A stretch of DNA of 63,998 nucleotides, filler included, from Circinaria calcarea (taxonomy: Eukaryota), in NCBI GenBank assembly GCA_051942165.1. It is 21 parts of 21 records of this genome, joined end to end, with 100 filler letters (N's around TTAATTAATTAA, not from the genome) between each part and the next. Parts side by side here need not be neighbours in the genome. Positions count along the whole stretch, not along the records: positions 1 to 2,969 come from JAVECS010003139.1; positions 3,070 to 6,037 come from JAVECS010003140.1; positions 6,138 to 9,103 come from JAVECS010003141.1; positions 9,204 to 12,167 come from JAVECS010003142.1; positions 12,268 to 15,230 come from JAVECS010003143.1; 16 more parts are not named here. The stretch is one strand, 5' to 3'. A program made the translations under genes and the position numbers. The notes beneath the pieces were generated by a model that saw only the letters and a list, made by a program, of their open reading frames with translations, searched no databases and had not been told where the DNA came from. Shown here piece after piece: positions 1-12,319 of this stretch (position 1 is its first letter; each line of letters starts with the position of its first letter).

Positions 1-2
1 CT

Positions 3-128
3 CCAGAAGGTTGGAGCCTAAAGAAGAATGACGGCGTACTTGGCGACGTTGCCCCAACGTTGTTGGACGTAATGGGCTTGGACCAACCAGAAGAGATGGG
101 CGGTACAAGTCTTCTGGTCAAGAAGTAA
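3..128 (+). CDS. C-terminal fragment of 2,3-bisphosphoglycerate-independent phosphoglycerate mutase (iPGM)
   Basis: Frame 3 reads PEGWSLKKNDGVLGDVAPTLLDVMGLDQPEEMGGTSLLVKK*, matching the iPGM C-terminal motif G.L.DVAPT.L..MG..QP.EM.G.SL. Not in the ORF track. Confidence 0.85.
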   Translation, partial: PEGWSLKKNDGVLGDVAPTLLDVMGLDQPEEMGGTSLLVKK

Positions 129-490
129 TAGATCGTCGAATCTCACTTGATATAGACAATGATATAATCTAGAATCGACGCAGTAAGTGCAGATTGCAGA
201 GTATAAAGGTTCGGGGATTATCCACAACAGGATCCTCGAGGGTTTATATCCATAGGTGATGTTTGATCAGTTGTCCATTTCTCATAGACGGGTCTATCAG
301 GTTCCTCGGAGAGCAGCATGGCAGTTCATGTACATATCATATCTTTTATGTTGCCTGCGCTAAAGGGTTCTGTTCATACCTCAAGTCTTATTTGCCCTAG
401 CATATAGATGGTAGACAAGTCATGAGCCTTGCTATGGCTTCCTTGTAACGTACTCACTGGGGGCTTCGTAGATGCTCTCCTTGGACGACC

Positions 491-1082
491 TTAAGAAATC
501 GCCTGGGCCTGTTGCTGCATCCTTGTCTGTAAATGGTAGATCTATGAGGCGTAAGCCAAGTTGTTACAAAAGGTGCCTTAGCCAAGAATAGCGCTTCTAC
601 CTCCATTTTCTTCTTCTCGCTGCTCTCTTGGATGTCTCTGATCTGTTTCTCGACTCGTTTGCTGCTGCTTTATTAAGCCCGATCTCAAAATCCGTGCCCC
701 CTTAGTATATGCGTTCTTACATCTCCTTTTCAATAAACTCCAATCGGCCGTCTACCGCAAGGACTGCTTCACTGCGGTCTTGTTTGAGGAGGACGGGTCC
801 AACGAGCTTGTAAATACTCGCAGCTTCGGAGAGGTTCGCAAACTCCTGCATATATGCCCTTAGCACACTGGGAAAAAATACATGAGCTTACACACCTTTT
901 GAACGCCCCTGTTTTCTTGCTGTTGAGACTCAAGCTTCTGGCGCGCGTGGATGATGGATTGAAGTCCTGCAGCGAAGATCAGTCAAATTCAGGATATGAT
1001 TCTCATTTGGGCTCCTCGTACCACTTTGTAACTTTTGGTATTCATCGGATAGAGTTTGTAGCTGCTTCTGGTCATCCGCCAT
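491..1082 (-). CDS. PFDN6: Prefoldin subunit 6 (Yke2/Gim1), 5 exons
   Basis: Manual splicing of 4 GT-AG introns gives MADDQKQLQTLSDEYQKLQSGLQSIIHARQKLESQQQENRGVQKEFANLSEAASIYKLVGPVLLKQDRSEAVLAVDGRLEFIEKEIKRVEKQIRDIQESSEKKKMEIYHLQTRMQQQAQAIS*. The IYKLVGPVLLKQ hairpin motif is typical of beta-type prefoldins. Confidence 0.9.
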
Positions 1083-1498
1083 GACTGGTAGAGGTTGGCG
1101 CAAGGCACATACATCCCTCGGTTGTATAGCTACTAGTCACGCTAGTGAACCCGCCCATAATACTACGTAGTAGGGCTGAGCTTATAAAGTGGTGTATACA
1201 TAGACTACAGTCTGAAGACTAAAATTCAAAGGTATTTCGTGTCTATTCCAATGCAATACAAGAACACGTCACCTTTCAGCATCTACCACTCAAATTTGTC
1301 TCACCACTTTCAAGGAGCCTGACATAACACCCTTTAGCCCACTGTTCACCCCACCAAAAACTACTCGGACAGAATACCTACGGCTGATAGAGACACCCAT
1401 AGGGCTCAAAAGCCCGCCATATCTCCGCAAATACTTGAAACAGCGTGGGTACTTGTCTGCCGAACGCTGGGAGGTATCTGGGCATTGTACTTTTCACA

Positions 1499-2969
1499 AT
1501 GAGCAATACCGATTTCTTAGGACGTGCCATTGATGTAGTCAAGAAAGCGATAGAGAGCGACAATGCCGGCGAGTATGAAAAGGCATATCAGCTTTACTAC
1601 CAGTCTCTTGAGCTTTTCATGCTAGCGTTGAAGTGGGAAAAGAATGCCAAGTCAAAGGAAATGATCAGGGGGAAAGCTGGGGAGTACATGGAACGGGCAG
1701 AGAAGCTGAAAACCCACCTTGCGGATGGTGATAAAAGCAACAGGAAGAAACCTGCCGCGGTTGGGTCAAACGGAAAAGTCTCAGGAGGTGGAGGGAAAGG
1801 AAAGTGAGTGCTGAAATTTCAATCAGATCCTTAACTTACTTCCTGACAATGGATTCTAAAAGGACACTGATGACTCAATGGCAGGGATGATGACGATGAC
1901 GAACAAGATCCTGAAGCGAAGAAGCTGCGTGGCGCTTTGGCAGGGGCAATTCTAACGGACAAGCCGAACATTAAATGGGAAGATGTTGCAGGTCTCGAAG
2001 GTGCAAAGGAAGCTTTGAAGGAGGCCGTGATATTACCGATTAAATTTCCACATCTCTTCGTTGGAAAGCGCCAGCCTTGGAAAGGCATTCTACTCTACGG
2101 CCCGCCAGGGACAGGGAAATCATACCTAGCAAAAGCAGTCGCTACAGAGGCAAACAGCACATTCTTCAGCGTTAGCAGTAGTGATTTGGTCTCAAAATGG
2201 ATGGGTGAGAGTGAAAGGTAAGTTCTGAGTTTAAGGAATCCGTCACTCAATTACAGTGTGTGCTAACAGTATCCCACAGACTGGTAAAGCAGCTCTTCAA
2301 TATGGCCCGGGAAAACAAACCCTCGATTATTTTCATTGATGAAGTTGATGCTTTGTGTGGACCTAGGGGTGAGGGTGAGTCGGAAGCATCACGAAGGATT
2401 AAGACCGAGCTTTTGGTGCAAATGGACGGCGTAGGGAGAGATTCAAAGGGTGTATTGATACTGGGGGCTACCAACATACCATGGCAACTAGATGCTGCCA
2501 TTCGGCGACGCTTCCAACGAAGAGTACATATAAGTCTACCAGATCTGCCTGGACGGATGAAAATGTTTGAGCTAGCTATTGGAAATACCCCCTGCGATCT
2601 GAAGCCACAGGACTTCAGGACCCTGGGCCAGTTGACCGAGGGCTATTCGGGCAGTGACATTGCTATCGCCGTCCAAGACGCATTAATGCAGCCTGTGCGA
2701 AAGATCCAGACTGCTACACACTATAAGAAGGTGTGTTTCGGAGTTTCCCATCCTACAAACAGTATCTGTAGCTGACAGTCGAAACAGGTGACTGTGGACG
2801 GCGAAGAGAAACTTACGCCCTGCTCACCAGGGGATGCTGGAGCGCTGGAAATGTCATGGACGGATGTAGACTCGGACAAGCTCTTAGAACCACCGTTGGT
2901 GCTAAAGGACTTTGTTAAAGCGGTCAAAGGTGCCCGACCAACTGTCAGCCAAGAGGACATAAAAAGGAG
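1499..2969 (+). CDS. VPS4: Vacuolar protein sorting AAA ATPase Vps4 (3' truncated, intron-containing)
   Basis: MIT domain ([21 protein letters not shown]), Walker A GPPGTGKS, Walker [24 protein letters not shown], and the Vps4_C segment TPCSPGD. Confidence 0.97.
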
Positions 2970-3069
2970 NNNNNNNNNNNNNNNNNNNNNNNNNNNNNNN
3001 NNNNNNNNNNNNNTTAATTAATTAANNNNNNNNNNNNNNNNNNNNNNNNNNNNNNNNNNNNNNNNNNNN
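2970..3069. other. Artificial contig linker N44-TTAATTAATTAA-N44 (first of 20, recurring about every 3.05 kb, last at 61006-61105)
   Basis: Identical 100-nt spacer with stops in all six frames. Genes are truncated at the linkers. Confidence 0.99.
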
Positions 3070-3591
3070 ATCATCTTCGAGCCCCAGCTGTCAGGCGTCT
3101 CCGCAATCGAGCAATCACCACAGCGCTTCCCCTTCAAGATCGGCGAGCCGTACCTAGTAGGCTACGATGATGCGCGGCACGAGGTCGCCGAAACGCGTTA
3201 TCTAGAAGCCACACAGTGGCAGCGGCGCCTATACCTCTCGCCGGATCGGCAAGACATGACCAATGCGCGGGTGAAGTACAGCATGAAGCACGATATCTAC
3301 AGCTTAGGCGTCGTGCTGCTGGAGATCGCGCTGTGGGAAAACTTTATCGATGAAGGGGGTGCATACGGGAAGCTGTTCAAAGCAGCCAAAGAACCGCTGA
3401 AGCTGCTAATGCAACTCTCGAGGCGAGTGCCGCTGTTGTTGGGCGATAAGTACCGTGATGCGGTGGTAGCATGTTTGACGGAGTTGAGGGCGGAGAACGA
3501 GGATCATCAGCTAGAAGACGCGGATGGGATTGTAGTGGGGACGGCGTTTATCACGCAGGTGATTGAGAAGCTGGAGAAAATCTCTATTTGA
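3070..3591 (+). CDS. C-terminal fragment of a fungal protein-kinase-like domain (type often fused to HeLo/prion-inhibition domains)
   Basis: Open frame from the contig start: PYLVGYDDAR...LYLSPDRQ...YSMKHDIYSLGVVLLEIALW...KYRDAVVACL. Confidence 0.7.
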   Translation: MIFEPQLSGVSAIEQSPQRFPFKIGEPYLVGYDDARHEVAETRYLEATQWQRRLYLSPDRQDMTNARVKYSMKHDIYSLGVVLLEIALWENFIDEGGAYGKLFKAAKEPLKLLMQLSRRVPLLLGDKYRDAVVACLTELRAENEDHQLEDADGIVVGTAFITQVIEKLEKISI

Positions 3592-5143
3592 TGATGGATG
3601 TGGGTGTTCTCCGCTAAGGGGAAAAGGTATGTGAGGCGAGGGATTATGTTGACCGAAACTGCAACATCAGCTACGGAGATGAAACTTAGCTCACCACAAT
3701 AGAACTTGCAAAGCCAGGGGTACAAAATAAGGAGGGCGAAATTAAGTAAACAGCAGGAGATCTAGATAAGCATAGCAGAGCGGAAACCCGAAAAAAACCC
3801 CGCAAACGGAGACTTTATAGACAGGTAATCTTTGCGCTGGGCTTTTACTGTGGGATTCAAAGTCAAGTCATATAACGGGCCTCCATTATAATGTCTGTAG
3901 TGGCGGCAACGCTTTGAGCCACAGAATATTAGGCATTCTTACTGTTTTACGAGGAAAAATATCGTAGCGGACGAGTATATTGTACAAGTATCAATCTAGT
4001 CACGGGACCTCGTAAAGGTCTGAACTGGTCAATCATCCGGTTTCGAGGCCGGTGTGCAACAGTCGGTCAGCGATGAGAGGAAATCGGTATAGGAGTGTTC
4101 CGTTCTTCTTATCTATGAATGGAGTGTTACCCCCGGAATCCTATACGTTCGAGGTCTTGTATAATTCGACGAGCCATATTGTTTTATGCGAGGGGTCCTC
4201 GAGTACTATATTGTTCCTCCACTTCGTAGCGCGAGAAAGTCGAATTTTTCACCTTATGTCGGTAGGTTTACTCTGTTTTGCTACCCGTGGAGAATGTAGC
4301 TAATCTCTGGGCCAAGAAGGACTGGTCCGTCGCGCCGCATTACTGTGTAGATACTCCGTAGTAAGAAGGAAGACCCCGCAGTTAGTGGACCTCCAACCGA
4401 ACCAACGTCAACCCCCACGGTTTTGCCATGCGGGCGAGGTTGGAGCGGCTACTCCATACAGCCCCATTCTACTCTGTAGCACAAAGGCTTTCCGCACGAG
4501 TCAAACCAGCATTATCCCACCAGATCACTGGGGGTAGAGTCCTTTTACTGGTACAAGAAAAATCCGACGACCGTTTGCGCGCATGCCGGCGACCTGACAT
4601 CTGTGCTCCGTACCTTAACTCGACTGCAGGGCAACATGCACTCCCATCAACGCTTTCGCCTTCATCCAAGAATGCATAGTGTCTGTGCCGACAGCGGTCT
4701 CACCAACCTGCCACACCTGCGTCGTGATCCCAAACTTCGGCCAGCCTGACACAACTGAATGGGATGATTTGCACAGGCATCGTGACCAAGGCTGGCGTAG
4801 GATTGGTACATTGCCGATACGAAGGATCACACCCCATCCCGTGTGACTGCTGTCTGTCCTGCCACTGGCCGATGGACGCTCCTTGGGCGGCAACCTCATC
4901 ACAGCGCCACTATCAGCCGATCGCGACTACCATCTGGCGAGAGAGAGAAGGAAAAGATGGGGGGAAGGCTGGAAGAGATGACTTCTTCAGATATCATTCC
5001 CCGTTCGTTCCCCCATCGACAGTTGATTTGTCGAAACAGCCCTTGGCAGCTCGTCAACTATCTACCTATTCTTACTCGCTCCAGTCTATCCCTTACCCCG
5101 CTCGCTCTCGGCGCAAGCCACCGGTCGCCGTAGGCGAAGTGCG

Positions 5144-6037
5144 ATGAGTTCATCGTCAAGCCCAAGCCAAAGCCAATCTGGATTAGGCAGTTCCTCGCCC
5201 TCCGATAATCCGGCAGACGAAGAGTTCAAGGATGATATAAACGATGTGAACGAGAACGAATTAACAGGTTTACTCTCCCGCTCTTTCCATTCTTCGTCGA
5301 CGTCCAGCCAAAATTCGTTGCCTACCAGCCATAATCGAAGAGGCAAGATGAAATCCCAAGAAGTCGAAGACGACAAATACGCTTCATTCGTACAGTCTGC
5401 CCCGGAAGACGATCACGTTTCGACACGGAAGTCGACGAGGTACAGATGGATTGTCATTCTCATCCTGAGTATCAGTGGTGATGGCTGGAGTTACGAGGCA
5501 GCAGTAATGTCCTCAGTCTTGAACAGTACGTTTCTTGTATCGCACTTGCAAAATCTCACTAACTCGACAAAACAGTGCCGCAGTTCATTGCTCGTTAGTC
5601 CCTTTATTCTATCGTACTTGCAATATCTCACTAACATGAAAAGACATGGGTTTTGCGGATACCGGTGTTCTGTCGTACAAGGCCAATCTCCTCGTGGGCC
5701 CCATTTATTCGTATGATATCGATGACTGCCCCCGTCACATATCCAAATTGCTAACGCAATACTAGGCTTGGACAATTGGCTGGTGGCCTTGTAGGCGGTT
5801 GGTTCGCAGACAGGTTCGGACGAAAGAGTACCCTCCACTTAGGAACCGTGTTCGTTTTGGTTTCGACTTCCTTACTTATCTGGGCGCCATCCGTGAATGT
5901 GCTTATCTTTGCACGTGTCGTTCAGGGGGTTGCAATCGGCTTGTTGATCCTCGGCTTTCAGATATATACCGCCGAGGTGGCGAACCAAAAGGAACGTGGC
6001 TTTCTCTCAGGTACCTCACTTATCTCCGGATGCATCT
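5144..6037 (+). CDS. MFS sugar porter family transporter (3' truncated, several introns)
   Basis: TM1 WIVILILSISGDGWSYEAAVMSSVL, motif A GWFADRFGRK, ARVVQGVAIG, YTAEVA..KERG. Confidence 0.85.
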
Positions 6038-6269
6038 NNNNNNNNNNNNNNNNNNNNNNNNNNNNNNNNNNNNNNNNNNNNTTAATTAATTAANNNNNNN
6101 NNNNNNNNNNNNNNNNNNNNNNNNNNNNNNNNNNNNNGACCAGACATCCTTGATGTTTAGGGTCTTTTAAACGGTAAGAGTAAATCGCCCACGTGACATT
6201 TTTACGCTCCGCAACAGGAAACAATTAGAGGTTATACGTAACACTATGACTAAAATGGGCTCATTATTG

Positions 6270-8227
6270 CTATGGATGTGTCCTATTCTCTCTCGAGACC
6301 AGGCGATCAAACTACTCCCTTGTATACTTCTGGGTCTCTGATAGACCAGTAACTTTGACTAGTTTCCGGTTGAAAATCGAGATGCATGAGCTCCACGTTG
6401 CGGCTGAGATACCTACGCAACAATTGCTGGATCTTATCTCGTACACCACTTTCGGCAGAGGCTGTAGATAATTAGCTGACGCGTCCAATTAAGGCATGAT
6501 GCTTTACTTATTACGAGCAATCGGCCGCGACGACTCTCTATTTCCAACTTGATGAGCTTGTCCAAATCTGCCTTGCCGTAAAGCTTCTTGATTCGACTGT
6601 GTTCTCCGTACTGTTTCTGATCACCATAGGAGGATGTGTTCTGATCGAAGTCTCGGAGGACATAAAGTCTGATGCGTAATATCTAACCAGGTCAGCTACC
6701 AGCGCTCCACCGCACAAGTCGATCGTCGTTCTCACATATGCCCCTTTATCTTCCTCAAGAAGCTGATCCATCCATTTTTGGACCCACTCCTGATGACCTA
6801 AAATTCCAGATTTTATCCAGATACATGCTATGGGGTATCGGCTCGCTCACTTTCTCTATCAAGCTGCCAAACAAGAAAGATACTTCTTGTTCGAACCCTG
6901 AAATCTTTATACCCTTGGAGGAGTTCCTTGATATAAGGAACTTAAGCCGCAATACCTATCCCACTAGCGAACATAACAATACTTCCGTAATCACCGAGGT
7001 CTTTGCAATAACCGTAAGGACCGTCTATCCAGGAAAAGACGCTGGGCCCGCCCACATGACGTAACAATTTGTGGGTGAACCCAGATTTAGGCTTAACGAG
7101 TAGATAAATTGTTGTCCCACAGCCATCGATGTCGTTATCCCACCAGCTGATAGCAAATGGGTGGGTCTGCAAAAAGGACCAGAAGCTGACTGCAGGTATC
7201 CAGATATAGATATATTAACCTGCCCGTAGCCTCCAGGGTTAGGGAACGCTTATTAAAACATATATCACGTCGTTGATTTGAAGTAGCCTAGTTAAGGCAT
7301 AAGAGTACCTTCCTATTACATTTCGTAAAATCATGCGCATATAGCGTATAGCGCTTGTCGTAGCAAAAACACCAGCAGCAGCGTAAATATAAAACCTTGC
7401 AAAGACTGATCTTAAAAGCAGATGGCACCACACAAGAGCGAGTGTAGCGATGCCGAGAAGGTAGTGCGTTTTCAAGAACAGCTCATAGAACGGAGTACGG
7501 AAAAGATAAAGGATTAAAAGAGACCCAATACAGACAATGCTCTATAAAACGTTAAATAGACCAGTTTTATAGGGAAATTCGGTGTATCATAAATCCATAA
7601 AGTTGCGCCTTTTCTTTCAGATCAACTATATATTGTCTAAGCTGTATAACCGTATGCATCAGTTCCTGGGCGAACGCCATATAACTAAGGGCTTAATGGA
7701 TGTTGCAATAAGCTCTTAATGAGATGCCCAATATGTCAGCTGCCAAGCTCAGGCGCTTAGTAATGAGCAAGAGTAAAAAATGCAGTGCAGTAATGTTGCC
7801 CGCTCTTATATCTGCTGCAGTGAGAGAGTCTACCCCTACAACATTATAGGCAATGGTACCTGACCAATAGATTAGCATTATTAACCCGTGCCAGCGAGTC
7901 ACTGGATCGAGCAATTTTCGACGACGATAGATCGTGGGGTATACGACGTGTCGAAGATAAAAGACGATGGCATGGGCCCGAATCCAGCGGGCTGATTTGG
8001 ATATGACTCGATGTTATGGTCACACCGCAGGCTACGCCTACGGTTTGGGGATTAGCGGGAAGTTAGCGCCATTTAGGTAGTATATCCCGAGGATTTACCC
8101 CGTAGGGGAAAATCATCCTTCACTTCCAATTCAATAGTACCTTTTGCACGCAGTGCAACACTCGATAAAGAAAATAAACCATAATTGCACCGCCTGCAGC
8201 AAGACCATATATCTAAGTGAAATCCAT
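6270..8227 (-). pseudogene. Ferric reductase-like (FRE/NOX-type) pseudogene, RIP-damaged and interrupted by a solo LTR
   Basis: MDFT*IYGLAAGG..., KTHYLLG..LVWCHLL (heme His), SVP*PWRLRAG*YIYIWIP, QTHPFAISWW, IDGPYG, FASGIGIAA*VPYIKEL, LDFQP. At least 5 in-frame TAA/TAG stops. Confidence 0.85.
8012..8160. mobile_element. Solo LTR (149 bp) with 5-bp target-site duplication CTCGA
   Basis: Termini TGTT...AACA. CTCGA lies at 8007-8011 and 8161-8165. Excision restores the FRE reading frame (FLYRVISKSARW). Confidence 0.85.
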
Positions 8228-8486
8228 AGAAAAATAACGAGGAAATAAGAGATTAATTAACAGGTTCCGATCTTAATATATAAATCATATAGAACGCATA
8301 CCTATAATAGTGCGTTTAAACGCTCTCTCATCCACCGCGCGGTTACGATCAACAGCTTAATAATGATATTCTCAGCCACCTTAAATGACATTAAGAGCGA
8401 TAACCAGCCCTTCAAAAAGCGAGAATTTCTCACCTTGAAAACATGTACCAAGCCTTACAACATAACAAGACGCTCATGGTGTAAAA

Positions 8487-8670
8487 ATGGTTAGCAATCC
8501 GAAATTAAAGAGAGAAAGGTTCCGGAAGCTGCGCCGTGGATTAGTAAGCAAGGCCCAGACTTTCGCGTCAAAGACGGATGCCGATGTCTATATCACGATT
8601 TGCAAGAACCAAACTTATTACACCTACAATTCTACGAATATCTGAGAAATACCCTCCATGGAAATGTTAG
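8487..8670 (+). pseudogene. MADS-box/SRF-like small gene remnant, divergent from the FRE pseudogene
   Basis: MVSNPKLKRERFRKLRRGLVSKAQTFASKTDADVYITICKNQTYYTYNSTNI*EIPSMEML followed by a GTAAGT donor. It resembles the MADS pattern F.KRR.GL.KKA.E....CDADV..I......YTY.S. Confidence 0.6.
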
Positions 8671-9203
8671 TAAGTTTTTTTCAAAAAATTTAAGTTCCTA
8701 AAAAGTCTAACCTATCTATATTAGAGAAGGCTTCGCATTATACAAATAAAGGCGCCAGTCCGAACACAGAAAACACCCTCACGCAATCCTTCAAGCGATT
8801 ACTTAGTTCCAGATAGCTCAGTGTAGACGACCTATAATAAAAATAATAAACAAGAAAACATCGAATAACAAATTGCATTCTCACTAAACCCCAGGGAGTC
8901 GTCGTCTAAACTTACGAATACCCATGTTGCTCTAGATAATTCAGGCGAAATAGTAGACGATTAAGGCAACAATCAAGAACATGATATATAGCAAGGCGCG
9001 CTCCCGCCAAAATCATTCAATCGTCTATACAACCACACAACTTCAGATAGCCAAGAACAGATAACGCATGGCGAGGATGGGTACGGTAAATAGCAAGATA
9101 CAGNNNNNNNNNNNNNNNNNNNNNNNNNNNNNNNNNNNNNNNNNNNNTTAATTAATTAANNNNNNNNNNNNNNNNNNNNNNNNNNNNNNNNNNNNNNNNN
9201 NNN

Positions 9204-10030
9204 ATCGGCCGAAACCACACAGTCGTAGGCATTGTTGTATGCCATTAGGATAATAGGGCTTTTGTGTAGGCTCGAGAGGGAATCGATTGGGGATTGAGAT
9301 TCACCTCGGCCGTCGTAAATGTTTATTACGTGACCAATCTCTTCGGCCACTGCTAACAAAGGTAATGAAGCCCCGCGTCGGTGTACCCAACAGATGGATC
9401 TCGGGATACTCTGCAGCTGCAACATTGCCAAGAGATCTAACCATGAATGTGAGTTTCTACCGTCTACAGAAGACTCTCCGCAGACAAACAAACGTACCAA
9501 ACGTGACAACGTCAAAGATTTTGACCGACTTGTCAACTCCTGCAGTCGCAAAACTCCGTCCATCCTGACTGACGGAAACGCTCTTGATTTCCCCGACGTG
9601 CGCCTTGAATTCTTTTACGAATTCCATGCCGGTTGCAATTTTCTTCCAGAACTTGACAACCCCATCAACCGAGCTCGTAAGGAGAAAGTCGGTAAAAGGC
9701 GTCATTGTCGCAAAAGAGAGCTGGTCCTTGTGCATGAGTGATTTGGAGTATCGCGTAGATAAGGGGAGGGCGGAGATGTAAAGCTTCTCATAGGGCAACT
9801 TCCTGCGCTTCTTTTTTGGGCCGGTCGACGGCAAAGTAGGACCGATATCGTCTTCAGAGGATGTGTCTGAGTTCGGTGTCAGTGGTAGAACGGTTATTTT
9901 AGATCTATGACTTACCATCCCCTGGCGCCAGAGTACCGTTGGAGCCAGTACGGCCAGAGTGCTGGATCTCATTCTCTGCTTCGTCCCGGGAGCGCTTACC
10001 AAGGTGCGGTGACGCTGAAGAATGGGCCAT
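9204..10030 (-). CDS. PPWD1: WD40-repeat cyclophilin (PPWD1/Cyp15), N-terminal part
   Basis: EDDIGPTLP, KKKRRKLPYEKLYISALP, YSKSLMHKD, TSSVDGVVKFWKK, EFVKEFKAH, DKSVKIFDVVTF. ATG at 10030, introns present. Confidence 0.9.
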
Positions 10031-12319
10031 GATCTACTATCGAAACACCATCGACGATGGTGAGGATGGCTTCTTTTCGAATTGCGGATTGATCGCGTAC
10101 TGTAAACCGAAGAATGTAGGGCTAGTGCACGGCCGATGCCCTATGTTATCGATAAAGGGACGATGGGACCAAGCGAAAGTCAAAGAGGCTTCCTACAAAA
10201 GTATCTACGCTGCCATGCCCAAACAATCAGAATAGCTACCGGCTCTTGCTGCACCAATCTTTCACCTGAACGAAACGACTGTAGCTGTGGCTACTAGTGA
10301 GCCGCCTACGGTGCTCTTCTGGCTTCTGGGGTAGCACTCGCGTACGGTTAACTCCGTACTGACTACAAAAGGCCACCTCGGTGGTTATCATTCAGCTAGT
10401 AAAAAGCCAAGTCCGACTTCACCCCCCATGCTTGACCACCATCTTACCAATCAACAGCTTTCAGCCTCCATCAGCATCGAGTAGCAGACGGTTTCCTCCG
10501 TAAGCAGTATGCAGAGCCTGCTCGTGAATGAATAGTCCACACACGTGTTAGATTGTGTTTGAAAGGGCCGCATGCATGCCCTCCGGCACTTGTTTCAGCG
10601 TTCCATTAATGCAAAGTTAGTAGGCGAACGTTCTCGATCCCGACTTGGCTACCCTGCTTCTCCTCACCTTTGGCGCAATCAAACGAGTCATAAGACGGCT
10701 GACGGACGAATCCCAATTTAGCAGAGGCACACCTCAGAGATTAACCTTCAGACTGTATTTAAAATGCGGCACCCCTGAAGCCGATGGCAAAGCACTGCCG
10801 TTTGTTTTGGCGTGGGGAGGAGGTCCGAGGGTGATCACGAGGACGGGGAATCGTCTAGACCGGCTATGGTATCGGGCCGAGGGCTGATGGGGGCAGTGGG
10901 CGAGAACTCGCCTGAAAAACATGTGCCAGACTGCCGTCGAGCTAACTGTCCGGGATGGCACTCATATCCGCCTCGTTTTCACATCCCTCTGTCTCCACAG
11001 TACAGACGGTTCGGGCTAGAATCTTTCGTGTGACAGGGTGTACATAGTACACTTGGTGGCAGAAATATACTTATGATACAGCTGATAGTTCTTACTTAAA
11101 GCGTATCACACCTCTCACAAGACCAACTAGGTGTTTCTATTGGTAGTGCGCTAGTGTAGGAATGATGGCTACGGATGACATGATATAATATACACCTGTA
11201 AGAATAGCGTGCCATATAATACCCCCTAGCAAACGCTATTGAGAAATCAAAGTAAATAACCCTTGTATTTATCCCTTACATATTTAATCCCGTGCATTAG
11301 TGAAAGATTCTAGCCCCCGAAAGCTGCCGGACTCTCCTCACCTCTCCCGATCATTCCTCTCCTCTCTCGCTTCACCTCGCCTCGCTAGATCCCACATCCG
11401 ACCATCCGCGACAAAGAGACTGTCGAGTCAATTCCTTCCGCCGCTCCTGCTGCATAGTTCCAAATCGAGACTTGTTTCGTCTTTTCGTTCTCTCCCGGGG
11501 CGGAGAGATTCCCAGCCATAGGCTAGACGGGGCACGGGCCCCCCGTGACACCAAAAACGGTAGGAATGCTCAAGACGACTTTTCCCACTCGGAGTTGAAA
11601 TAGAATTTTTTTTATTCACTTTGGCCCTCCAAGCTTTTGGCGCTTAGGAGCTTCCATACATAGTTCTAGAAAGGGTTGCCACAATAGGTCTCCTCGGCTC
11701 ATTTTCCTTTTGTTTTTTGGGGGGGGACCCCTGTAGGTCGGTAGGTAGCTGAGATGGCATCGTGTATGATAGAATTGGCTGGGTTTTGGGATCCTGAAGG
11801 GGAAGGGAATCGCTTGAAAGGATTCGGTTAGACGGGATGAGATGAGGAGGGGAGGAGGAAGAGGAGGAAGAGAAGGAAGGGCCGGAAGGAGGCGGGGAAG
11901 AAGGTAAGGGCGGTAGAAGGGCGGTATAGGAGTATAATAATACTGAAGGAATTAACAGGTCTTACGCAATGAGGGGGGGAAGGGGCGTTGTGAACGAGAA
12001 TGCGGTAGCTCGGCCAAGAAATTGTGCCGCGTCGGAGAAAGGTAAAGGATAGTATTTTTACTCATAATGCCATATGCTCACTCCCTAAGACTCCCATTCT
12101 CCCAGTCTCTACTCCACCCATGCCACCCCACCACCTACAAAACCTCACACTCCACCCTCATCATCCCNNNNNNNNNNNNNNNNNNNNNNNNNNNNNNNNN
12201 NNNNNNNNNNNTTAATTAATTAANNNNNNNNNNNNNNNNNNNNNNNNNNNNNNNNNNNNNNNNNNNNTCCATTGTTCTCCGTCATAAGAAAAGGAGCTGA
12301 TGCCTTGATATTGCTTTAG

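Noticed and set aside
11029..11280. Two ~80-bp TG...CA segments resembling mini-LTRs
   Set aside because: Too short, no TSDs and no second copies.
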